Under the pieces are notes generated by a model that saw only the letters and a program-made list of their open reading frames with translations, had not been told where the DNA came from and made no database searches. 64,000 bases of DNA from an uncultured Sphingomonas sp. (lineage in GTDB: Bacteria; Pseudomonadota; Alphaproteobacteria; Sphingomonadales; Sphingomonadaceae), in contig CAJYJW010000086.1 of the NCBI GenBank assembly GCA_913775025.1, positions 27,205 through 91,204 of the forward strand, written 5' to 3'. Shown one piece after another: positions 41,304-51,497 of the stretch (positions are counted from its first letter, which is position 1; each line of letters begins with the position of its first letter). Both the position numbers and the translations under genes were made by a program.

Positions 41304-42443
41304 CTGCAAACCTTCGCCGCCGAACCTCTCCGATGGCCGGAGACCGCGCCGGCGCTGCGCGCCCAGGTGCGGGCGCTCGTCGCCGAACATGTCGACACCG
41401 CCGATCCGCGACGGTTGGCGAACGGCTGGGCGGTGCCCGATCCCGCCTTCAGTCGCGCGCTCGGCGCTGCGGGACTGATCGGCATGACGTGGCCGAAGGC
41501 CTATGGCGGACATGAGCGCAGCCCGCTGGAGCGCTACGTCGTGCTGGAGGAGCTGCTGGCCGCCGGCGCCCCGGTCGGCGCGCATTGGATAGCCGATCGC
41601 CAGACCGGCGCGCTGTTGCTGCGCTACGGGCATGAGGATCAGAAGGCGCGGTGGGTGCCCGGAATGGCGGCCGGCGAGATTTACGCCTGCATCGGCCTGT
41701 CGGAACCGAATGCCGGCTCCGACCTTGCCTCGGTGCGGACGACCGCGCGGCGCGAAGGCGAGGAGTGGGTGATCGACGGCCAGAAGGTCTGGACCACCAA
41801 CGCTCACCACGCCCACGTCATGATCGCACTCGTCCGCTCGGAGGCTGGTTCGGAACGGAACGCCGGCCTCAGCCAGTTCGTGATCCCGATGGACGCGCCC
41901 GGCGTCACCGTCCGACCGATCATCGACCTGACCGGCGGCCATGATTTCAACGAGGTTTTCCTCGAATCGGTGCGACTGCCGGCGACGGCGCTGGTCGGCG
42001 TCGAGGGCGACGGCTGGCGGCAGGTGACCGCCGAGCTCTCGCTCGAGCGGTCCGGGCCCGAGCGCTATCTATCCTCGACAGCGCTCGTGCTTCAGCTGAT
42101 TGATTACGCGCGCGTTCATCCGTCCGAGTCGTTGACCGCTCTGGTCGCGCGGTTGGCCGCCGAGACGTGGACACTCCGGCTGATGTCGGCCTCGGTCGCC
42201 AACAAGATTGCCCGTGGCGAGGATCCCGCGCTAGAGGCGACGATGGTCAAGGACCTCGGCAACAGCTTCGAGCAGGCGATCCCGGAACTGGTGCAGGCGG
42301 CGGTGGAGGTCGACCCCGCCGGGCCGGAGCCGCTCGGCCTGGTGCTCGGCCACCTTCTCCAGCTCTCGCCGTCCTTTTCGCTGCGCGGCGGCACGCGCGA
42401 AATCCTGAAGGGCATCATCGCGCGGGGGTTAGGTCTCAGATGA
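41304..42443 (+). CDS. Acyl-CoA dehydrogenase, catalytic subunit; probable CTG start
   Basis: IGLSEPNAGSDLAS, GQKVWT, FNEVFL, SLRGGTREIL. The frame is open to CTG 41304 after GAGGT; the first GTG is at 41367. Confidence 0.9.
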   Translation: MQTFAAEPLRWPETAPALRAQVRALVAEHVDTADPRRLANGWAVPDPAFSRALGAAGLIGMTWPKAYGGHERSPLERYVVLEELLAAGAPVGAHWIADRQTGALLLRYGHEDQKARWVPGMAAGEIYACIGLSEPNAGSDLASVRTTARREGEEWVIDGQKVWTTNAHHAHVMIALVRSEAGSERNAGLSQFVIPMDAPGVTVRPIIDLTGGHDFNEVFLESVRLPATALVGVEGDGWRQVTAELSLERSGPERYLSSTALVLQLIDYARVHPSESLTALVARLAAETWTLRLMSASVANKIARGEDPALEATMVKDLGNSFEQAIPELVQAAVEVDPAGPEPLGLVLGHLLQLSPSFSLRGGTREILKGIIARGLGLR

Positions 42444-43408
42444 ACGAACAGCAGCAGATGCTCTCGGAGATGGCGGACGGACTGTTCGCGGAGCATGGGC
42501 CGACGGCGACCGTCGAGAGCGGCTGGCCGGCGATCGCCGAGGTCGCGCTCGATGGGCTGCTGCTCGCCGAGGATCAGGGTGGGTTCGGCGGCAGCTGGGA
42601 GGAGGCGCTGACGGTCTTTCGCCTAGCGGGTTATCATGCGATCGCGCTGCCGGTGGTCGAGGCCATCGTCGCCGCCGCGCTCGCCAGGCGTTCGGACGGT
42701 CGCGGCACGGTCGCCGCGGTCACCGAAGGTCGGATCGTGGGCGATCGGTTCAGCGGCACGCTCTCCGGCATCCCTTGGGGAGGCGGCGCGGACTATGTCG
42801 TCGCACCCGCGCCCGATGGTGGTGCGATCGTCGTTGCGGCGCAAGCGGGGACGCTCGATACCGGCCGGAACATCGCCGGCGAGCCGCGCGATCGGCTGAC
42901 CGTCCAAGACGCTCCCGTCGCCCGGCTGGAGGGAAACCCATTCGCGCTGATGGCGCTCGCGCGGGTGGCGCAGATCGCCGGCGCGCTCGACGCGACACTG
43001 GCGCTCTCGGTCGGCTACGTCAACGAGCGCAAGCAGTTTGGCCGGCCGCTTGCCAAATTCCAGGCGGTTCAGCAGGCGCTTGCCAGCTTCGCCTGCGAGG
43101 CCGCCGCCGCCAACTGCGCGGCGATGGGCGCGGCGCAGGCGATGTCGCGCGGTTCGGCGCCCTTCGAGATCGCTGCCGCCAAGCTGCGCGCCAACCGCGC
43201 GATCGGCACCGGTACCGCGCTGGCCCACCAGGTGCATGGCGCGATCGGTTTCACCGAAGAATATCAGCTCCATCCCCTTACCCGTCGCCTCTGGGCTTGG
43301 CGATCCGAGTTCGGCGGCGACGCCTATTGGTCCGCACAGCTCGGCGGCCCGATCGTCGCGGCCGGATCGTCCGCCTTTTGGTCCGGCCTTACCGCGCTCA
43401 CCGGCTGA
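42440..43408 (+). CDS. Acyl-CoA dehydrogenase, small subunit
   Basis: ERKQFGRPLAKFQAVQQ, HQVHGAIGFTEEY; ATGA overlap. Confidence 0.92.
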   Translation: MNEQQQMLSEMADGLFAEHGPTATVESGWPAIAEVALDGLLLAEDQGGFGGSWEEALTVFRLAGYHAIALPVVEAIVAAALARRSDGRGTVAAVTEGRIVGDRFSGTLSGIPWGGGADYVVAPAPDGGAIVVAAQAGTLDTGRNIAGEPRDRLTVQDAPVARLEGNPFALMALARVAQIAGALDATLALSVGYVNERKQFGRPLAKFQAVQQALASFACEAAAANCAAMGAAQAMSRGSAPFEIAAAKLRANRAIGTGTALAHQVHGAIGFTEEYQLHPLTRRLWAWRSEFGGDAYWSAQLGGPIVAAGSSAFWSGLTALTG

Positions 43409-43468
43409 ACCGTAGCCTGCCGGCGCATCCGTTGTGCCGGCCTCACCCTTCCGGAGAAGGCCCCTTCC

Positions 43469-44647
43469 ATGCCCGAAGCCGTCATCGTCGCCACCGCTCG
43501 CACCGCCATCGGAAAGGCTGGGCGTGGCGCGCTCAACAATCTGGACGGGGCCGACCTCGGCGCGCTTGTCATTCGCGAAGCGATCCGCCGCGCCGGCCTG
43601 GAAAACGGCGAGATCGATGACGTCCTGCTCGGCGCGGCCCGGCTCGAAGGGCCGCAAGGTGGCAATATCGGCCGCACGGCCGCGTTACGCGCCGGGCTGC
43701 CGGTGTCGGTGGCGGGCGTGTCGCTCGACCGCAAATGCGCGTCCGGTCTCAACACCATCGCAATCGCGGCCAACAGCGTGCGGACCGGTGAAGGCGACAT
43801 CTACGTTGCCGGCGGGCTCGACAGCTGCTCGCTGGCGTTACCGAACTCGCGCGGGGACCGCTTGGAGAACCCCTGGATCACGGAGCATGTCGCCGGTGCC
43901 TACGACTCGATGATCCAGACAGCCGAGACCGTCGCCAAGCGCTACGGGATCGGTCGCGAGGCGCAGGACGACTATTCGCTGCTCAGCCAGCAGCGCACCG
44001 CCGCCGCCCAGGATGCCGGTCGCCTCGACGCCGAGATCGTGCCGGTCACCGTCACGAGGCTGGTCAAGGACAAGGCCGGCGCGGTCACCGGTGAGGAGGA
44101 GGTCACGTTATCGCGCGACGAAGGCAATCGCCCCTCCACCACCCTTGAGGGTCTGGCCTCGTTGAAGCCGGTGATGGAAGGCGGCACCATCACCGCAGGC
44201 AATGCGAGCCAGCTGTCCGACGGATCCAGCGTTTGCGTGGTGATGAGCGAAGGTGAGGCGGCCCGGCGCGGCCTGGCGCCGCTCGGCGTCTTCCGCGGCT
44301 TCGCCGTCGCCGGCTGCGGCCCGGACGAGATGGGGATCGGCCCGGTCTTCGCGGTGCCCAAGCTGCTCGCTCGCGCCGGGCTGACGATCGATGACATCGG
44401 CCTGTGGGAGATGAACGAGGCGTTCGCCGTGCAGGTGATCTACTGTCGCGACAAACTCGGCATCGATCCGGCACGACTCAACGTCGATGGCGGCGCGATC
44501 TCGATCGGGCATCCGTTCGGTATGTCGGGATCGCGGATGGTCGGCCACGCGCTGATCGAGGCCAAGCGGCGTGGAGAGCGCTACGCCGTCGTCACCATGT
44601 GCGCGGCGGGCGGCATGGGTGCCGCCGGCCTGTTCGAGGTGGCCTGA
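43469..44647 (+). CDS. Acetyl-CoA C-acyltransferase (thiolase)
   Basis: [28 protein letters not shown]. Confidence 0.96.
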   Translation: MPEAVIVATARTAIGKAGRGALNNLDGADLGALVIREAIRRAGLENGEIDDVLLGAARLEGPQGGNIGRTAALRAGLPVSVAGVSLDRKCASGLNTIAIAANSVRTGEGDIYVAGGLDSCSLALPNSRGDRLENPWITEHVAGAYDSMIQTAETVAKRYGIGREAQDDYSLLSQQRTAAAQDAGRLDAEIVPVTVTRLVKDKAGAVTGEEEVTLSRDEGNRPSTTLEGLASLKPVMEGGTITAGNASQLSDGSSVCVVMSEGEAARRGLAPLGVFRGFAVAGCGPDEMGIGPVFAVPKLLARAGLTIDDIGLWEMNEAFAVQVIYCRDKLGIDPARLNVDGGAISIGHPFGMSGSRMVGHALIEAKRRGERYAVVTMCAAGGMGAAGLFEVA

Positions 44648-44668
44648 ACAGCGCAGGGCCGGAGGTCC

Positions 44669-44682
44669 ATCACGTCGGCGAT
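44669..44682. promoter_or_regulatory. ATCRC-N4-GYGAT box upstream of the hydrolase operon
   Basis: ATCACGTCGGCGAT. Confidence 0.65.
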
Positions 44683-44750
44683 ATGGTCGAGGTCGCCTTG
44701 TCGGTCTTGTTTGCCACCGACAGTGTCGGAGCGAGAGAGCGGGGGAGCAG

Positions 44751-45746
44751 GTGACGGCGCACGACGTCAGGATCGACATCGGCCGGATAGGCGACCTGAT
44801 GCTGGGCAGCATGGCCGCGACCCTCTACCTGCCCGCGTCGGACCGGTGTCTGAACCGCCCGATCCTCGTCTTCGCGGTGCCGGGGGGCGGCTACTCGCGC
44901 GGCTATTTCGACATGCGCTTCGCCGGCCATGACGGCTACAGCCAGGCTGCGGACCATGTCGCGCGCGGCATCGTGTTCGTTGCGGTCGACCATATCGGCG
45001 TCGGCGACAGCAGCACGGACCGGAACGATTGGCTTCAGTTCGAGCATCTTGCGGCAAGCTACGATCGCTGCTGCCGAGCGATCCTCGATGGCCTGCGATC
45101 GGGGGCGCTCATTGAGGGTATGAACCCGATCGTGCCCGGCGTCGTGATCGGCATCGGCCAGTCGATGGGCGGCTGCGTCTCGATCCTCACCCAGGCGGCG
45201 CACGCAACCTTCGACGCGATCGCCGTGCTGGGTTACAGCGCGATTCACACGCGCCTGCCACAGCGCGACGCCGCGCAGGAGGCGGCGAACCTCGCGGTCG
45301 CCAGCGAACTGAGCCGCGGAAGCTCCGGCCGATCACCCCTCGACGTGACGATGCAGGACTATGTCTATCCCTTTCACTGGGAAGACGTGCCGCCGGACAT
45401 CCTGACCGCCGACATGGGCGGCGGCTATCCGCTGCGGCGGGTGATCCCGCCGTTCGGCAGCGCCACCATGCCGGATTGCACCGTCCAGATGATGATCCCG
45501 GCCGTCGTCGCCGCCGAAGCCGGATCGATTACGGTGCCGGTGTTCGTCGGCAATGGCGCGCGCGACGTGTGCCCGGATCCACGCGCGGAGCCGGGGGCCT
45601 ACACCGCCGCCACCGATATCACGACGGTCATCGTGCCGAAGATGGCGCACATGCACAATTTCGCCTCGACCCGCCAACAGCTATGGGACCGGCTCGCCAG
45701 CTGGTACCGGACGGTCGCCGGCGGCCAGCCGGAGGACGCCGCATGA
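44751..45746 (+). CDS. Alpha/beta hydrolase
   Basis: PGGGY, DHIGVGDS, nucleophile elbow GQSMGG, Asp (RDV), His (MAHMHN). Confidence 0.88.
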   Translation: MTAHDVRIDIGRIGDLMLGSMAATLYLPASDRCLNRPILVFAVPGGGYSRGYFDMRFAGHDGYSQAADHVARGIVFVAVDHIGVGDSSTDRNDWLQFEHLAASYDRCCRAILDGLRSGALIEGMNPIVPGVVIGIGQSMGGCVSILTQAAHATFDAIAVLGYSAIHTRLPQRDAAQEAANLAVASELSRGSSGRSPLDVTMQDYVYPFHWEDVPPDILTADMGGGYPLRRVIPPFGSATMPDCTVQMMIPAVVAAEAGSITVPVFVGNGARDVCPDPRAEPGAYTAATDITTVIVPKMAHMHNFASTRQQLWDRLASWYRTVAGGQPEDAA

Positions 45747-46192
45747 CCGACCTGCCCACCCGCACCGACTATCGCTGGCAGCTCGAAATCCCGACGCGCT
45801 GGATGGATTGCGACGCCTACGGCCACGTCAACAACGCCATCTACTACGCGATGATGGATCAGGTGGTGACGGTCTACATCCTTCAGGCCGGCGTGATTGC
45901 GATGGGCACGTCGCCATCGATCGGCCTGTGCGTCGCCAGCGCCTGCGACTTCCACCGCAGCATCGAGTTCCCGCAGATCGTCGATGCGCGCCTGCGCGCC
46001 GGGCGGGTCGGCGGCAAGAGCGTCCGCTACGAGATCGGCTTGTTCACCCCCGGCGAAGAGAGCCCGGCGGCGACCGGCCACTTCGTCCACGTCTACGTCG
46101 ACCGGGAATCACGCCGTCCGGTCGAGCTTACCGCCGACCAGCGCGTGGCGCTGCACTCCCTCCTCCTCGACGCTTCGGGACCCCAAGCATGA
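45743..46192 (+). CDS. 4HBT/YbgC-like acyl-CoA thioesterase
   Basis: TRWMDCDAYGHVNNAIYY, SVRYEIGLF, GHFVHVYVD. Confidence 0.93.
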   Translation: MTDLPTRTDYRWQLEIPTRWMDCDAYGHVNNAIYYAMMDQVVTVYILQAGVIAMGTSPSIGLCVASACDFHRSIEFPQIVDARLRAGRVGGKSVRYEIGLFTPGEESPAATGHFVHVYVDRESRRPVELTADQRVALHSLLLDASGPQA

Positions 46193-47166
46193 CCGAGATT
46201 CGTTTCGACAACCGCGTCGCCATCGTCACCGGGGCTGGCAACGGGCTCGGCCGCAGCTATGCGCTGGAATTGGCACGACGCGGCGCCAAGGTAATCGTCA
46301 ACGATCTCGGCGGTTCCTCGTCGGGGCAAGGCGCCTCGCCAGGTGCGGCCGACCGCGTGGTTGACGAGATCCGAGCCGCCGGCGGAGAGGCCGTGGCAAG
46401 CCATGACAGCGTCGCGACGCGTGAGGGCGGCGCGGCCATCGTGCAGACGGCGCTCGACAGCTTCGGTCAGGTCGACATCCTGATCAGCAATGCCGGCTTC
46501 CTGCGCAACAGCCGGTTCGAGGATCTCACCGACGCGCAGATCGATCCTATCTTGGATGTGCATCTGAAGGCCGCTTTTTATGTTGGCCAACCCGCTTACC
46601 GGGCGATGCGCGCGCGTAATTACGGCCGGATGCTGTTCACCGGCTCGGCCTCCGCGATGTTCGGCCACGCTTGGCAGGCCAACTACGCCGCCGGGAAAGG
46701 CGGGCTGATGGGGCTTAGCCACGTCGTCGCGATCGAAGGATCGGCCTACGGCATCCAATCGAACCTGCTGCTGCCGACCGCCGTCTCCCGCCTGGCGGAC
46801 GAGATGGACACGGGCTACACCGAGATTCCGATGTTTGCCGAGGCGATTGGCCAAGCCGAGTTCGGCGTGGTCGGCAGCCGAACCGTGCCGGAGTTCAACA
46901 CGTCGCTCGCGCTCTATCTCGTCAGCGAGGCCTGCTCGGCGACCCACGGCATCTACTCATCGAACGCCGGGCGTTATGCCCGCGTGCGGATCTGCGCGGG
47001 CGAAGGTTGGCACGCCACGCGCGGCGACGCTCCGCCGAGTTTGGAGGACGTCGCCGCCCATTTCGCCGAGATCGAGGATAGCAGCCGGCCGGCCGAGCCG
47101 ATGACCGTCTATGACGAGATCGTCGAGGTCACCGCCAGCGGCCGCCGGGCCGGCGTGTTCGACTAA
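46189..47166 (+). CDS. SDR, MFE-2-like (3R)-hydroxyacyl-CoA dehydrogenase type
   Basis: [36 protein letters not shown]. Confidence 0.92.
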   Translation: MTEIRFDNRVAIVTGAGNGLGRSYALELARRGAKVIVNDLGGSSSGQGASPGAADRVVDEIRAAGGEAVASHDSVATREGGAAIVQTALDSFGQVDILISNAGFLRNSRFEDLTDAQIDPILDVHLKAAFYVGQPAYRAMRARNYGRMLFTGSASAMFGHAWQANYAAGKGGLMGLSHVVAIEGSAYGIQSNLLLPTAVSRLADEMDTGYTEIPMFAEAIGQAEFGVVGSRTVPEFNTSLALYLVSEACSATHGIYSSNAGRYARVRICAGEGWHATRGDAPPSLEDVAAHFAEIEDSSRPAEPMTVYDEIVEVTASGRRAGVFD

Positions 47167-47581
47167 AAAGCCGAGCCGGCTGCAATCGCGGCCGGGCTGC
47201 TGCGGCAGCCCATGCTCCGGTGGAACGGCGCCGCGCAGGGCGGACAGGACGTGTTTCCCGACACGGGCATCGACGATCCGGCCCTTCTTCCATCCGAAGT
47301 GCGTGCACGGCATGTCCGCACCGAGCAGGTGAAAGGCGCGGATCGCATCCCTAGACGATACCGCCGACCGCAGCCGCATCCTCAACGACGTGGGTGCCGA
47401 TGTCGTAGCTGCCGTCGGGTACACACAGTAACTCAAGGCCGTTTCGGCTCATCCGTCGTCAGCGAAACCGTAGCTGGCGATCAGTTGATTGATCGCCAGT
47501 TGATCCTGCAGCGCCGCACGCTCGCCTTTAGGGGCGCCAGCCGCGCCTCGGCGGCGGGTCGGTCATGGCGCCACTCCGTCC

Positions 47582-48385
47582 TCAGGCCCCGGTGAAGGCC
47601 GGACTGCGTTTTTCCAGAAAGGCGTTGACCGCTTCGGCATGATCGGCGGTCTCGTGCGCGATCGCCTGCATCGCCGCCGACATCTCCAGAACGGTGTCGA
47701 GATCGGCGGTTTGGGCGGTGAGCATCAGGCGCTTGGCCATCCGGAGCGAGCGCGCGGGGTTGGCGGCGATCCGGCCGGCGAGCGCCAGCGCTTCGTCCAT
47801 GAGCGCGTCGCCCGGCGTCACGCGCGACACCAGGCCGAGCTTCAGCGCCTCATCGGCACCGATCGCATCGCCGGTAAGCAGCATCTCGGCTGCACGCGAG
47901 TAGCCGATCACCCGCTGCAGCAGCCAGGCACCGCCGTCGCCGGGCACCAGCCCCATCTTGATGAAGCTGGTCGCGAACTTGGCGCTGTCGGCCGCGATGC
48001 GGATGTCGCAGAGGCAGGCGATATCGCAGCCGACGCCGATCGCGTGACCGTTGACCGCCGCGATGATCGGCACCTCGAGCGCACGGAATGCCCGTGGAAT
48101 GCCCTGAATGCCGCTGCGATAGTTGGTGCGGGTCGATGCGGGATGCTCGAGTGGGCCGATGCCGGTGCGGTTTTTCATACCTTGAAGGTTGCCGCCGGCG
48201 CTGAACGCGCGTCCCTGGCCGGTGAGGATCGCCGCGCTGATCGATCGGTCGGCGCCGATCGCGCCAAGCGCGCCCACGAGATCGGCGCAGTCCTCATGCT
48301 CTCCGATGGCGTTAAGTTTGTCGGGCCGATTGAGCGTCAGGATCGCGATGTTGTCGCGCGTTTCAAGACGAACATAGTCACCCAT
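47582..48385 (-). CDS. Crotonase-superfamily protein
   Basis: LNRPDKLNA, AFSAGGN, AAVNGHAIGVG, FIKMGLVPGDGG. Confidence 0.93.
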   Translation of the reverse strand: MGDYVRLETRDNIAILTLNRPDKLNAIGEHEDCADLVGALGAIGADRSISAAILTGQGRAFSAGGNLQGMKNRTGIGPLEHPASTRTNYRSGIQGIPRAFRALEVPIIAAVNGHAIGVGCDIACLCDIRIAADSAKFATSFIKMGLVPGDGGAWLLQRVIGYSRAAEMLLTGDAIGADEALKLGLVSRVTPGDALMDEALALAGRIAANPARSLRMAKRLMLTAQTADLDTVLEMSAAMQAIAHETADHAEAVNAFLEKRSPAFTGA

Positions 48386-48888
48386 CTTCTGGTCTCCTCA
48401 GGATCGTTACGCCCGGTTCTAGGTGCGGGCGCGGCGAGGAGCCATGGCACGCGGCGCGACATCGATGGAGCGATGCCACCGACGGCGTGGTCCGCCGCTG
48501 ACAGGCACCTGCATCACGCGCCGTGAATCGAGACCATATCTTGCCAACGTCAGTCGAAGTCGCTGGTCCCGATTCCTTGCCTCGGATGCGGCGTGCATGG
48601 CGGAAGCCTCGGCTCTTCATGTCGTTCCGCACCAGCTCCCCAATGGCGGCGCGATGATCGCCGAGCTTCGCCTGCGCCAAGAAAGAGGCGTTGCCGCTCA
48701 TGCCGTCAATGGCCCGGATGTTTCGTGCCATGCTGGAAGCGGTAAAAACCCGCGCCTCCGCCTCGCCGCGCTTCGATGAAGCGGCACACCCGCACGAACG
48801 ACTGGAGCCGTGATCGGGTCTGGCCGCGTGGGCCGCCGGGCGACGATCCCTGCCAGCTGAGCGGCAGGTTAAGACCGTCCGCGCGATC

Positions 48889-50508
48889 TCAAGTGGTCGC
48901 GAGGTCCGCCAGCGCCCGCTCACGCAGGGCGAACTTCTGGACCTTGCCGAGTGGTGTGCGCGGCAGGTCGTCGACCACGAACAGGTGGCGCGGCACCTTG
49001 TAGTTCGCCATCCGCTCGCGACACCAGGCGGTCAGTTCCGCCTGGTCGATCGTCGCGCCGGCACGCGGGATGACGAAGGCGGCGGTCACCTCGCCCATTC
49101 GCGTGTCGGGCACCCCAATCACCGCGATCTCGGCGATGTCGGGGTGGGTGCCGAGCATGATCTCGATCTCGACCGGGTAAGCGTTGAACCCGCCGACGAT
49201 CACCACGTCCTTCAATCGATCGAGGATGCGCAGCCGTCCCTCCTCGTCGATGCGGGCGACGTCGCCGGTGCGCAGCCAGCCGTCCACGATCGTCCGGGCT
49301 GTCTGCTCGGGATCGTCGAAATAGCCCTGCATCACGTTCACCCCGCGCACCAGCAGCTCGCCCTGCTCCCCGGCGGGCACGTCGCGACCCTCCGCATCAA
49401 CGATCCGCGCCTCCGTCATGGGTACCGGTCGGCCTACGGTCTGAACGATCGCCTCGATCGGATCGCCGGGGTAGTTGGTCGAGATCAGCGCGGTGGACTC
49501 GGTCAGGCCGTAGCTCGTCAGGAAAATGTCGAAGCCGAGCACGTCGTAACCGGCGCGAATGATCTCTGGCGGGGTTTTGGCGCCGCCGGTGTGTCCGGTG
49601 CGCAGAGACGAGATGTCGCGGGTGCGGAAGTCCGGGTGCTGCATCAGCGAGTAGAAGACGGTCGGCGCGCCAGAAAGCTGGGTGATCCGTTCGCGCTCGA
49701 TCAGCGACAGCAGCTGGCCTGCGTCGAAGGTCGACAGCGGCCACATCGTCATGCCGCCCATCAGCGCCGACACCCAGCCGGAGCGGTAGCCGAAGGAGTG
49801 AAAGAAGGGATTGACGATGGCGGTGCGGTCGTCCGGCTTGAAATCGTTGGCGCGGCTCCAGAAGCTCGTCATCCACAGCGCCTGGCCGTGGCCGTGCATG
49901 GCGCCCTTGGGCCGGCCGGTGGTGCCGCTGGTGAACATCAGGTCGGCGGTGGTGTCCGGCGTCACCGCGGCGGCGGCCACCTCGAAGCGGGCGCGCGCCT
50001 CCGCGCTCACCGCATCCGGGGCGAACCCCGGCGTGTCGATTCGAATCAGCGCCTTCAACTGCGGCAGACCTGCGATCGGGCGGCCGCTCTCGCCCGGCCC
50101 GCCGCCCGCCGCCACCGCCATCGCGGCATAGTCCACGCCGAGGAACGCCCCGACGGTGAACAGCACCGACACGCCCGCACGCTCGAGCGCGTAATGGATC
50201 TCGGGCCCTTTGAAGCGGGTGTTGATCGGCACGAGAATCGCCCCGATCGATTCCGCGGCGCACGCCGCCACGATCCAGCCCGTGGAGTTGGGAGCAAGGA
50301 CGGCGACACGGTCCCCGATACGGACCCCCAGATCGAGCAGCGCGGCGCCCAGCCCCGCAACCCGTCTCTCGAGCGCGGCGAAGCTGGTGACCGTTCCGTC
50401 CTCGTCGATGGAGAATGGTTTGTCGTCATAGGTCCGCGCGACATGCGCGATCACCTTCGGCAGCGTATGATGCAGTCCGATCTTCAAACCGCCGTAATGG
50501 TCCGTCAC
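48889..50508 (-). CDS. Acyl-CoA ligase, FadD3-like
   Basis: FTSGTTGRPKG, VNPFFHSFGY..GW, SYGLTES, GWLRTGD, GGFNAYP, ANYKVP. Confidence 0.92.
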   Translation of the reverse strand: MTDHYGGLKIGLHHTLPKVIAHVARTYDDKPFSIDEDGTVTSFAALERRVAGLGAALLDLGVRIGDRVAVLAPNSTGWIVAACAAESIGAILVPINTRFKGPEIHYALERAGVSVLFTVGAFLGVDYAAMAVAAGGGPGESGRPIAGLPQLKALIRIDTPGFAPDAVSAEARARFEVAAAAVTPDTTADLMFTSGTTGRPKGAMHGHGQALWMTSFWSRANDFKPDDRTAIVNPFFHSFGYRSGWVSALMGGMTMWPLSTFDAGQLLSLIERERITQLSGAPTVFYSLMQHPDFRTRDISSLRTGHTGGAKTPPEIIRAGYDVLGFDIFLTSYGLTESTALISTNYPGDPIEAIVQTVGRPVPMTEARIVDAEGRDVPAGEQGELLVRGVNVMQGYFDDPEQTARTIVDGWLRTGDVARIDEEGRLRILDRLKDVVIVGGFNAYPVEIEIMLGTHPDIAEIAVIGVPDTRMGEVTAAFVIPRAGATIDQAELTAWCRERMANYKVPRHLFVVDDLPRTPLGKVQKFALRERALADLATT

Positions 50509-50608
50509 CGTTGCAAGTCCCTCATCCCGCTAATCAGGGGGTCCGGCGAGCCGGGCGAACGTGATCCATCCACGTATCCGGGCCAGGATGGCAACCATTC
50601 CGAGCAAT

Positions 50609-50622
50609 ATCGCAGCCGCGAT
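50609..50622. promoter_or_regulatory. ATCRC-N4-GYGAT box upstream of the CoA ligase
   Basis: ATCGCAGCCGCGAT, identical to 11457-11470. Confidence 0.7.
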
Positions 50623-50627
50623 TCCGC

Positions 50628-51413
50628 TCAGGGCACAAGAAGCAACGGCATCGCCTCCAGTGCCGGCTCTAGGATCGGCACGACCCGTGTCAGCGCCTCG
50701 CTGGCAAGCGTCAGCCGATCCTCGCTCAGTTGCGCGCGCACCCCGCCGCAGCTGATCGCCCAGTAGCGGCCACCGTCCGGGCCCGGCTGCCATAGCGGCA
50801 CTGCCACTGCGGAGAATTGGCCCTCGACCATCCCATCGAAACGCACATAGCCCTGATCGCGCAACTGACCGACCGCCGTCGCCATCCGGGTGCGCGCCGT
50901 AGCATCCGAGTGCGTCCGCGCCCATGTCTGTGCGGCCGCCTCGCGTTCGGCCTCGCTCATCCGGGCGAGGACGGCGAGCCCTGAACTCACCGCAAACAGC
51001 GGTGCCCGCCAGCCCACCGGCTGGTTGGGCGTAGGCAGCGCGCCATCGCAGGCCTCGATCGAAACTATGTCGTCTCCCTGCTTCAGGCTGAGCGAGGTGG
51101 TGACGCCGACACGTCCTGCGATGTCGCGGAGATAGGGCAGCGCGATCTCCGGAAAGCCCAGCCCTTGGATGGCGGCGAACCCCAAGGTCAGCGCAGCCGC
51201 CCCCACGCGCAGCGACGTCTGCGGTGTGCGCACGAGATAGCCCTCGTCGACCAGCGTCTGGCAGAGCCGCCAGGCGGTCGGCTGGCTGAGCCCGGTGCGA
51301 CGCGCGATCTCGGATACGGTCAGTTCGGCCCGGCGACGGTCAAAGCAGCGCAATATCGCCAACCCTCTCGCCAGCGCGGTGACACCAGGCTTCTTTGCCT
51401 CGATCTTTGACAT
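50628..51413 (-). CDS. IclR family regulator (PobR/PcaR-like)
   Basis: VTALARGLAILRCF, LSQPTAWRLCQTL..GYL, SSGLAVLA. Confidence 0.93.
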   Translation of the reverse strand: MSKIEAKKPGVTALARGLAILRCFDRRRAELTVSEIARRTGLSQPTAWRLCQTLVDEGYLVRTPQTSLRVGAAALTLGFAAIQGLGFPEIALPYLRDIAGRVGVTTSLSLKQGDDIVSIEACDGALPTPNQPVGWRAPLFAVSSGLAVLARMSEAEREAAAQTWARTHSDATARTRMATAVGQLRDQGYVRFDGMVEGQFSAVAVPLWQPGPDGGRYWAISCGGVRAQLSEDRLTLASEALTRVVPILEPALEAMPLLLVP

Positions 51414-51435
51414 GCTATCCATCCCACGCTATATA

Positions 51436-51464
51436 TGAATAGTCTATTCACTAGATGAATAGAC
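51436..51464. promoter_or_regulatory. Tripartite inverted-repeat operator between IclR and amidohydrolase
   Basis: TGAATAG-T-CTATTCA overlapping GTCTATTCA-N5-TGAATAGAC. Confidence 0.75.
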
Positions 51465-51497
51465 AAAGCAAGCGCGGAAGTGGAAGGAGAAGATTTC

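Noticed and set aside
48520..48780. Possible ACAD C-terminal remnant (GKESGPATS..GKIWS)
   Set aside because: Similarity too short to call.
48985..50766. 593-aa plus-strand ORF (likewise 33224-34810 minus and 35283-36701 plus)
   Set aside because: Antisense to well-supported genes; no recognisable domain.
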